Of a DNA stretch of 64,000 bases, positions 12,995 through 23,277 are shown in pieces; position 1 is the first letter of the stretch, and the number at the start of each line of letters is the position of its first letter. Below the pieces are notes generated by a model. It saw only the letters and a program-made list of their open reading frames with translations. It ran no database searches and was not told where the DNA came from. Location: NCBI RefSeq assembly GCF_000143415.4, contig NW_003314298.1, forward strand, positions 1,271,250 to 1,335,249, written 5' to 3'. This stretch comes from Selaginella moellendorffii. Lineage: Eukaryota > Plantae > Lycopodiophyta. The position numbers were made by a program, and so were the translations under genes.

Positions 12995-15251
12995 TGTGAA
13001 ACACAAATCCCCAAGCCCCAAAGTGGAGCCAAAAGGGTGCCACGAGGTAGTGGCCGAAGCGGAAGCCAAATGAGCATAACATGTTTAAACTAAAATCTCT
13101 GACTTGAAGAGTCAAGAGTGGGAGTGGAATTCCCAATGGAGTGCTCAAGGAACAAGCATGAGGTGAGCAATAAGAGTCTCTAGAAAAGGGACACAAGAGG
13201 ACCAACATATGACATGTGGGGGAATCTGAGATGGAGTTGAGATAGAGTTTGAGATGGAGTTCGAGATGGACTGAGATGGAGTTTGAGATGGACCTAAGAT
13301 GGAGTCCAAGATGGAGGGGGTTCCAAAAGTATAATAAGGAGAGTGTGGGGGTTGGACTCCAGTGAGACCAGTTTGGCCAGGAAAGGTTAGTTAAGCCCAA
13401 GAAAGCTATACCCACGTGTTGGGTGATGATATAACCATTGGGAAGTCTAAGGCTAGAGTAAATATGGACAGACAAGCAGAGTAACTTGGTGAAGTGTTCA
13501 AGAGCCAACTTTAGCTCCCCAGAAGATCAAATGGTCAATGTTCCCAGTCTGAGTGTGGGTGGTAGTACCTACTTGGATGCTGTAAACTCCTGAGTTTGAA
13601 CTTCCCGAGAAGTCTGAGTGTGGGTGGTAATACCTACTTGGATGCTATATGATGATATAACCATTGGGAAGTCTAAGGCTAGAGTGAATATGGACAGATA
13701 AGCAGAGTAACTTGGTGAAGTGTTCAAGAGCCAACTCTAGCTCCCCCAGGATTGAGAAGTCTAAGGCTAGAGTGAATATGGACAGACAAGCAGAGTAACT
13801 TAGTGAAGTGTTCAAGAGCCAACTCTAGCTCCCCCAGGAGATCAAATGGTCGATGCTCCCAGTCTAAGTGTGGGTGGTAGTACCTACTTGGATGCTGTAA
13901 ACTCTTGAGTTTGAACTTCCCGAGAAGTCTGAGTATGGGTGGTAATACCTACTTGGATGTTGTAAGTTCCTGAGTTTGAACTTTCCAGGAGGTCACCTAG
14001 CCCAGTACTATTTAAACCCAAGGACGCTTAACCACAAATATCCTAAGACCCTTAGCCAATTGGAAAAGGGGGTGCACTCTTGTTCATAGGCCCTTTCCCT
14101 CTATATTTAAACCCCATGGATTGTCTCTCAAGTCATTCCTTTTGGTTGCTTACAATCCACCACACTTCCTTACAAGTTCACGCCCTCGTGAACGGAAGTT
14201 GAGAGCCGCAGCTCTCCCTAGAGCCTCGCTTTCTTGACACTCTACCCCTCGGGTTGAGCCCAGTGGGAGCAAACTGGACTAGCCAGATATCAATCAACAT
14301 GTGGTGTGATTCCCCTAGCCAACCAATAGAGTAGGACTCGAGACCTCTCTGGTACCAAATGTAAGCTCCTGAGTTTGGACTTCCCGAGAGGTCACCTAGC
14401 TCAATACTATTCAAACTCAAAGACGCTTAACCACAAATATCCTAAGACCCTTAACCGATTGGAAAAAGGGGTGCACTTTTGTTTATGGGCCCTTTCCCTC
14501 TATATTTAAACCCCATGGATCGTCTCTCAAATCGTTCCTTTTAGTTGCTTACAGATACTTGGCATGGCTCAGTGGAACCTGGCTCTAGCCCCATGGCTAG
14601 AGCACCCAAAGGCGGAAGGTGGGGAGTACCCAGGAGTTTTGTGTAGGGCCACGGTGTTCTAAAATATTGTCCTGAAGTCTCAGATTGTGGAAAGGAAGAG
14701 GAGTAGTCCTCTAGTGTAGTGACCAAAGACACAGTCACATGGTGAAGAAGTCCCAAAGGATAGTGGGATTTAGTGGTCAGGCATGTGGGCTTGACCCAGT
14801 GGTAGTGTTAGCGAACATGACCATGGATAAAAAGGGACTTGGTGGAGACTGAAAAAGGGATTTTGGGGAAGGCTATTCCTCATGTCTACAGGCATCCTAA
14901 AGATGCTAAAGAATGGATCTAGGATGATTACTCATAAATGAATGGCCCAATCTTTGAGATACGGGACTATGATGTAAGTGGTGTTAGATCACTGGTGTGA
15001 CAAAGGTGAATGGGCATGGCCTTAGCATAATGAGCTAATATGTCAGTGGTACTTTTGGGTGTCAGTCATGGGATTGGACATGTGAAGCACTTAGACCAAG
15101 TGCAAAAGTCGAGTGGCATGGAAGCCATTCTCAAGGCTAGCAAGTCTCTAAATCCATAATAAAACTTATAGAGGTTGTGAGTGAGACTCTTCCAAATGGA
15201 CAAATGTGTGGTTAAGTGATTAAAGTAGAATGAAAAATTTAGTCACTTACA
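12995..15251 (+). mobile_element. Family C solo LTR with nested Cassandra and local duplications
   Basis: TGTGA...CTTACA ends; TSD AAACA on both sides; reverse complement of 5798-7471. Confidence 0.85.
13961..14553 (-). mobile_element. Complete Cassandra TRIM (LTRs 13961-14154 and 14360-14553)
   Basis: Reverse complement of 4839-5434; degenerate TSD GATGT/GATAC. Confidence 0.9.
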
Positions 15252-15689
15252 AAACATTTGGTGTCTCCACACCATCGGCCCTATAAGCCTACCCTTACAA
15301 CACTTCCCATTTGTGTTTATATCTTGCCAAAACCATAAAAGTAATTTCTCATGCTACCTATTAATTAGCATTGCAACATAGTGTTCACACATAACCCTTT
15401 GTTAAAGTTGCTTTCTTCTATGAACACCTTTTCCCATGACTTTAGTATGGCCCATCTGCCATCAATAAGATACCTACCATTCTCATATTTAGATCTCATG
15501 ATCCTCCCAATCTTTCGTAGGGTCATCCAAAGGGGATTCCTCCAAGCCGACCAATTTCTCAACTAACTTGGGTGAAGACTGATAAAGGGTCTAACAATAC
15601 TGACTTCATACTGTCGTGGCAGTAAAGAAAGAATATCTCACCACAAGTAACTTTCGATACTTGTAGTTATATTCTCGACAAGGGAGCAC

Positions 15690-16500
15690 TAGGAATATGA
15701 GGTAACCCAGGCCGAGAAATAAAAAAACATTGGGAAAGAGTCAAAAGTAATGAGAAGGCAAATTGAAATATTGACACCTACCCCAAGAAATCTCCACTTC
15801 ATCTCCAAAGTCATCTCCATAATAATCAAGCTTATCATCACAATCTAAAATACATTCAAGCTAGTAAACATCATCTTCTCATAAACTAGATCCTTGAACA
15901 TTATTCAAGAATTGGACTATATTATCCATAGCTCACTAATCGATGTCACAATCATGCTCCACATCAACAGACAATGGCAAAACATTAAGAATAGGATAAG
16001 TTGTGTAATCACATCCCACAAAAGTTTGAAACAACAATATACAAAAGATGGGTGTAGCACCAATATAATTACACCCCGCAGTACCAAAAGTTCAATCTAA
16101 TAGAGCAACATTACCAGCCTCAATTGATATACTCCTTGATCAACGATGGTGTGGCATGGTAATAGAAAAGAATGCAATGAAGATTAGAGATCTAAGCATA
16201 GCGATAGCTAGATTTCTAAATCTTGCAAAAAGCTAATATAGATCTAAATCTAAAAAAGAATGAAGAAATAAAAACAAAAAGCACAATCCCAAACACTAAA
16301 ATAAAGCACTACCAAAAAACTTTACCTACTACTGTGAATGCTCAAGATAAAGGAATAGGTATATTAATCGGGGTTTACACCCCTATTTATATACAAAAGT
16401 GGATGGATTAAATTCACTCCCAAATGGATGGTTTATATGTTATAGTATTATAATTAGTGTATTATTTAGCCAAGGTAATACATGTATATACATACATATA
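15690..16500 (-). mobile_element. Decayed family E Ty3/gypsy leader and gag
   Basis: 15770-16070 aligns by eye with 63700-64000; leader resembles 3500-3700. Confidence 0.5.
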
Positions 16501-16539
16501 TTTATAAACCTTACATCTACCATTAATAAATTTATTTAG

Positions 16540-16886
16540 TAATACAAATTATGTACATAAAATATCATTTGTAGTACTTAAAGCCCACCAAACATCATTA
16601 GGTGCTTTTAATTTGTATGAGACCAAATTACAATCATTTTGTAAAGTTATATATGTAAAAATAAAACATTTAGGATTTTTATAAAATTTTCCTATAGACC
16701 ATAAAACTTCCAATTTTCTTGTATAAATTAATCTTTCTGAAGTATTAATTTACAGAAACCATCAAGTTTAAATACTGATGTTTCCCATATTTTATTTTGT
16801 CCAGAATAAAGAACCAAATTACAATTATACTGCAAAAGTAAAATGTTCTTTTTATTTGGTGATATTAGAAACTGTTCAGTGTAAAA
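16540..16886 (-). pseudogene. Inverted 3' fragment of the B-lectin gene (copy of about 1655-2010)
   Basis: FLISPNKKNILLLQYNCNLVLYSG..KIWET..FKLDGFCKLILQKD followed by a stop/deletion; near-identical DNA. Confidence 0.85.
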
Positions 16887-18845
16887 ATCTTGAGTTCTTT
16901 GGGTGACCAATGACGAACAAGAACCTTGATTGGACAAACATCCCTAATTGGAATAGGATCACATATTGCAATTTTAGCCCTAAACGACAAGTCAAATTTA
17001 AAAAGATTAACATACTTCTTTATGAGTTGGTCAACTGTTGCAACACAAAGATCATTAGAAGGATCAAAAAAGGGAATAAAGAAACAAGATGAAAATATAG
17101 GAGGAAGTAATGGGGAGGCAAAAGTGATGGAAGCAGAGAGACGAAAAAGTACAAAAATGAAAAAAATGGAAGAAATATAAAGAAATATGAGACAAAAGGG
17201 AAAAGCCTTAAAGTTACAATTTGCATGATTGCACCACAACCAATTTATATCAAGGATGAGGTCAAAAGTTTGATTCAGCACCACCTGCAATAACTATAAC
17301 TCAAGTTTGAGATTTCCCACATGCACAACTAGATCTACCTCATCCCATATACATGCATGTGTATGGCCGTTACTATAAAGAATGAAAATTCACTCTACTG
17401 CACGACGCAAATGTAGATGGTAATGTGTGGTAACAAGCCGAGTAATAGAAGATAAACTTGAGCCTATATCAACTAGCATAAAGAAAATAATAGGGACCTT
17501 TTGTTATAAAAACAAGTTTGTGAAGTAAACACTAGATGAACTACATTTGATGATACTCCCAAAAGAAAGATAAAAAGGTTATTGACTTATTTGCACAAGA
17601 TCCTTCGACTACTTGAGTGACTCTTTGTTTCTCAAAAGCATCTCTATATCTATACCTTCTATTACAACATCATCAACATGACATTATTGATGCCAAGGTC
17701 TCTACCTAGAAAATAGAGGTTGTCAATCCGAAAAAACATTGACAACTCCAATAAGTGTGACCAACTTCATCACATGCCTAGTAGTGGACATCACAAGCAC
17801 AACCATGTCCTCACCCTTAACCTTGAACTCAAGCAATAGCAGCATCAACCTCCATTAGAATAGGATCATCTCCCATAGAAAGTGAAGATAAAGGATGTGC
17901 AATAAAAAGTGAAAGAGGTAATATTTTATAATGTTATGCTAAGTGAAGAGCATCATTAAAGGTGGCTGAAACAAATGCATGCACAAGTCTTACAAGATCT
18001 TGATGAAATGTTAGCCACAACAATCTCAACTTGATCTTCTCTGACATATTTGGCTCCACATGAAATAAAAGGCTTTGAAAACAAATGCCAAATTGCATCA
18101 CAGACTCAAATGGTCCTTGATGAAGATGATGCAATTGTTGAAAGATATCATCACAATTGTTAATATGTCCAAATGAGTGTTTGAAGACATTTGGGAGAAT
18201 GCTTCAATTCTCACAAGTGACTACATTCAAACCATTGTACCATTGCAGGGCCATCCCTTGGAGACACATGGGAAATTTATATAAACACCAAGCATCATCC
18301 CAAAAATGATATGTCGCAATCACCGTAAAGTAATCCAACCAATGGTACACATCATCCTTAGCCCACAGAAGAACTCTAGCCGAACACAAGGAACAGCAGC
18401 AAGAGCAAGAGGAATTATACCATGTGTTGTGAATGCTACTATCAACTGAGTTTAATTGTTCAACTGCAATCACATAGCATCAAACCATTACATCAACTAC
18501 TACTCTAGAGTTAAAGGAGGAGGATGTTGCTACTTTGCCATGAAGGTGAATGAAAAGGAAAAAACAAAAGATAAGAAGTTAAGAAAAATTATAAGAAAAG
18601 GGAAATCTAAACAATGCAAAAGCTAGATTTAAACCAAAATCCCAAATCTTAACACTCCTTAGGGACAATTAAAGTTGCCCCTCATTTTCACTAATGTGAG
18701 TGCATGGAATATAGAAAGAAAATATAGAATTATGTATATCAATTAGCCCAAAAACCCTAGTTTATATACAGGAGCTAGTGGTCTAAATTCCAACCATATA
18801 CTAATATTAGTATATGGCATCATAGCCATACACTTGGACCTCACA
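16887..18845 (-). mobile_element. Decayed copy (A') of element A: LTR about 18695-18845, gag, protease, start of RT
   Basis: Reverse complement of 19138-21210 with many C>T/G>A changes and stops. Confidence 0.85.
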
Positions 18846-19530
18846 TGTTGATATTAAGCCAAATTAGTCACATATTTATGTTATAAAGATAAACTATATG
18901 TTTCTTTAATGATCATATACTGGAAGAAAATTTAGTAAGAGTTCCAACTAATGATTTTGTATTGTATCTATATCTCTCTAAATAACCAAAAAGGTTCCTT
19001 ATAATAACTATATTATAAGTATTTATAATTCAACTTTACTATTATATACTTTAGTAAAACAATGTGTGTTATCATGATTAGGTAGAATGTCTATAATTTA
19101 TAAATAGAACATTAATTTTATTGCATATTACAAATGATGTGAGGGCCAAGTGTACGGCTACGATGCCGTATACTAATATTAGCGTAGTGGATTTTGGTAG
19201 CCGTCGGATTGGTTTCAATCCGGACCCCTCGCTCCTGTATATAAGCTAGGGTTTTTGGGCTAATTGATATGCACATTTCTGTATTCCCATTCCATATTCT
19301 AGGCACTCACATTGGTGGAGATGAGGGGCACCTTTGATTGTCCCTGAGGAGTGCTTGGATTTGGGACTTTGGTTTAGATCTAGCTTTTGCATCGTCTAGA
19401 TCTAGCTTTTTCCATTTCCTTTCTTTTTTCTTTTGGTTTAGATCTAGCTTTTTGCGTTGTCTAGATCTACCATTTCCTTCTAGCTTTTTGTCATCTCTCT
19501 TCTTTTGCTCTTTCTTTTTCGCTCATCTTC

Positions 19531-20463
19531 ATGGCAGATCCGCAATCTCCTCCTTTGACTCTGGAGCAGCAGTTGGTACAATTGCTTGATGCTATACGCT
19601 TGCAATTGAACAACCAAACTCAGTTGATGGCGGCATTCACGGCACGTGGTACAACTCCTCCTGCTCTTGGTGCTAATCCTCGCGTTCGGCCGGAGTTCTT
19701 TCGCAGGAATCCTGGGGATGATGTGTACCATTGGTTCGATCACTTCACGGTGATTGCCACATATCATTCTTGGGATGATGCTCGACGTTTGCGTGAGTTT
19801 CCCACGTGTCTCCAAGGGACGGCGTTGCAGTGGTACAATGGTTTGAGCGCAGCCACTCGTGGGGATTGGAGTGTTCTCCCGGACGTCTTCAAACGCGCCT
19901 TTGGACATGCCGATGATTGTGATGATGCTTTCCAACAATTGCATCGTCTTCGCCAAGGGCCATCTGAGTCGGTGATGCAATTTGGCGTTCGTTTCCGAAG
20001 TCTTTTGCTTCGTGCGGAGCCAAATATGTCAGAGCGGATCAAGCTAGGAATGTTGTGGCCAGCACTTCGTCAAGATCTTGTCGGACTTGTGCATGCACTT
20101 GCTCCTGCCACCCTTGATGATGCTCTTCGCTTGGCACAACGTTATGAGACGTCGCCTCTTCCACTTCTCGCTGCACGTCCTTCCGCTCCCCTTCCTATAG
20201 GTGATGGTCCTGTTCCAATGGAGGTTGATGCTGCTGCTGCTCGAGTCCAAGGACAAGCGCGAGGACGTGGTCGTGGCCGTGATGTTCGCTGCTGGGCGTG
20301 TGATGAAGTTGGTCATACTTATCGGCGTTGCCGTCGTTTTCCGGATTGGCGACCTCCATTTCCTGGGTGGAGACCTTGGCGTCAGCAACGTCCCATGGGT
20401 GCTGTTGCAGTGGAAGGTCTGGACACCGAGATGCATCCGGGAAACGAGGAGTCGCGCGAGTAA
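19531..20463 (+). CDS. gag: Gag of element A
   Basis: Retrotransposon gag core (LRQGPSESVMQF), PMEVD motif and zinc knuckle CWACDEVGHTYRRC. Confidence 0.92.
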   Translation: MADPQSPPLTLEQQLVQLLDAIRLQLNNQTQLMAAFTARGTTPPALGANPRVRPEFFRRNPGDDVYHWFDHFTVIATYHSWDDARRLREFPTCLQGTALQWYNGLSAATRGDWSVLPDVFKRAFGHADDCDDAFQQLHRLRQGPSESVMQFGVRFRSLLLRAEPNMSERIKLGMLWPALRQDLVGLVHALAPATLDDALRLAQRYETSPLPLLAARPSAPLPIGDGPVPMEVDAAAARVQGQARGRGRGRDVRCWACDEVGHTYRRCRRFPDWRPPFPGWRPWRQQRPMGAVAVEGLDTEMHPGNEESRE

Positions 20464-20502
20464 TGGAGGGACCTTGCGCGAATAAATCAATGACCCCTCC
20501 AT
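20439..20502 (+). promoter_or_regulatory. -1 programmed ribosomal frameshift signal: G GGA AAC slippery site plus H-type pseudoknot
   Basis: Heptamer in the gag frame with pol in the -1 frame; stem 1 20452-20460/20473-20481; stem 2 20463-20470/20495-20502. Confidence 0.85.
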
Positions 20503-21724
20503 CTTTCTTTCGGGAGTATCATCAAGGGGTTCACTCGGCACCGGTTCATCCCGTGTTTACTTTCCAAGCTCGTTTTTATAACAAGAGGTCTCCTATTATT
20601 CTCTCCGTGTTGGTTGATACAGGTTCGAGTTTATCTTCTATTGCTCGACCTGTTACCACACGTTGTCGTTTACACTTGCGTCGTGCGGCGGAACCAGTTT
20701 TCATTCTTTATGGAACCGGCCGTACACATGCATGTGCACGGGATGAGGTGGACCTGGTTGTGCGTGTGGGCGATCTTGAACTTGAGTTGCAGTCGTTGCG
20801 GGTGGTGCCGAGTCAAGCTTTTGACCTCATTCTTGGTATGGATTGGTTGCAGCGCAATCATGCCAAGTGTGACTTTGAGGCTTCTCCCCCTTGTCTCATA
20901 CTTCCTTATATTTCATCCATTCCTCTCACTTCTATACCTCTTCGTCCCTCTACTTCTACCTCTGCTTCCATTACTTTTGTTCCCCCACTCTTTCCTTCTG
21001 TGTTTCCATCTTGTTCTGCTTTTCCCTTTTCCGATCCCTCTGACGATCTTTGTGTTACAGCAGTTGACCGGCTCATGAAGGAGTATTCTGATCTCTTTGA
21101 ATTTGACCTATCGTCTGGGGCCAAGATTGCCACATGTCATCCGATTCCAACCGGGGATGCTCATCCAATCAAGGTTCCTGTTCGTCGTCGGTCACCTAAG
21201 GAGATCAAGATTTTACGAGCCAACGTCAAGGAAATGCTGGAGAAGGGTGTTATTCGGAAGTCGCGGAGTCCTTGGGCATGTGAACCTCATCTTGTGACGA
21301 AGCCTGATGGGAGTATTCGTTTCTGCATCGACTATCGCCCGTTAAACGAAGTGACGATTCCAGATGTGTATCCTCTTCTTCACACTGCTGATCTCTTAGA
21401 TCGTCTGGGGCGAAGTCGTTGGTTCACCAAGCTAGATCTTGCTTCTGGGTATTGGCAAGTACCGATGGCCGAAGAAGATATTCCTAAGACTGCATTTTGT
21501 ACACTATTTGGTTTATATGAGTTCTTGGTGATGCCGTTTGGTTTGAACAATGCTCCCGCAACTTTCCAGCGGATGATGGACGAGGTTCTTTGCGATATGC
21601 CGGAAGTGACTGCTGACTTCATTGATGATGTCTTGATCCACTCGGAGGGGACGTGGGAGGAGCACGTTCGTGATGTTTGTAAAGTGTTGGATCGGCTACG
21701 TGATGTTGGTTTAAAGCTGAAGCG
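20439..21724 (+). CDS. pol: Pol of element A, part 1 (protease, reverse transcriptase)
   Basis: VLVDTGSS, RFCIDYRPLN, LDLASGYWQ, MPFGL and FIDD motifs; cut at the B insertion. Confidence 0.92.
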
Positions 21725-23277
21725 TGTCAGCCACAAATTTTTCCTTTCCAATTTGCCAGCTTACCTCGTCTATCCGTCCAACACTGCCTTGGCTTTTGCT
21801 AAGTTCCCTCGCCAAGGTTCTCGCCTATGGTACCAGCTCCTACTTGGTTTCAGCTACTCACTGCATGAGCGACGGGGTGTTAGCCATCCTTCCACGGATT
21901 CCCAAATCACTCCCAATCCCCCTCCCCGGGTTAGACTGGACTTAAGGTTCGGCTACACTCCCCGCAAGCACAAGCAGCCAAGCACACCAAGCTTCCAGGT
22001 TCCTAACATCCCTTGGTACCACAAGACTTGATCATGGGACCCTCTAAATCCCAAGTCTTGAGTGCAACACTTGCTTCGGGATGTCGGGGCGAAACACCGT
22101 GGCCTAGCGGCCCGGTATGGGTACCTCTCGCCCCCCTCTTCCATCCCGAAGGGAGGCCCAAGCCCCTAGGAAGGGCGAGGACCAATGAGCCGCATGGTAC
22201 TCAAGTGGGGCACCACTCCACATGAGCCAGGAGCACCGCAATCGGTTTCCCTTTCGGGAGTGGGAGCTGCTCTTGAGCACTTCCTTGGATGGCCCCTCCG
22301 GCACCAGCCAAGTCCATGCTCACTCCCACCCAAGGCCCCTCGGTCCCAGTCCCAACCTCAAGTCGGTTTGGAAGCCCAACTGGAGAGTCCCTTCTAAACT
22401 GGTTCCTGGACCTCACTATCCCTACTATACTTTTGGAACCCCTTGCAGCCCCCCCCCCCTGGGAGACGCACGCTTTGGGCTTTCACCCCTTGACCCGTAT
22501 TAGTATTTGGACTTAGTCTCTGGCTCGATCTCGGACCCGATTTCGGATCCGACTTCGAATTCGGGTTCGGACTCGATCACGGACTCGATCTTGGACCCGA
22601 TCTCGGACCCGACCTCGGACTCGACCTCGAACTCGGTCTCGGACCCGATTTCGGATCTCGGACTCCGTCTCGAACTCGGTCTCGAACTCGGACTCGAACT
22701 CGGTCCCCGAGTCGGTCTCGGACTCGATTCCGGACTCTATCTCGAACTCGGTCCTAGAGTCGGTCTTGAACTCGATCCTCGACTTGGTCCCATCCGATGA
22801 ACTCTTTGCCATTTCGGTCAAGCTTTTGGGGATCCTTTAGCCTTCGACATCTCGGGGAGTCGGTTCCTTACAACTCCACCACCCATAGAAGAAGTTCGAT
22901 GCCCACATCGAACGTCTCGTTTTATCCTACGACTTGTTGTCCATGTCTCCGGGGGCATCCCCCCACTTAGCGGTGTGCCTAAGTTAGCCTCCCCGGCCAA
23001 GAGCCCATGACAACGGAATATAGGTGTCCCTATACTCCTCACCTCACCACGCCCTAGTATAGGGTCGGGACTTGAACCCAGCCTTGCTTTACTAGGGGGT
23101 TGGGACTCGAACCCAACCTCCGTAGAATACGTCTACGGATTCGACATCCCCGCGGGGAGTTGGGCGTAGTGCCCTACGCCTGGTCGACCTATCCAACCCA
23201 TGCTAATTAGCTTACCTTTGGCGCGCCTTCGGGTCCCAACATATGCCACTAGCTCAACTTTGCAAATTGATATATTT

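Noticed and set aside
21725-22031. C-terminal extension of the A pol ORF (20328-22031)
   Set aside because: It is read-through into the LTR of inserted element B.
23188-23215. Third intron in the 3' UTR of B
   Set aside because: A strong donor is present, but the nearby AG acceptors would give an implausibly short intron (under 30 nt) and there is no frame evidence.
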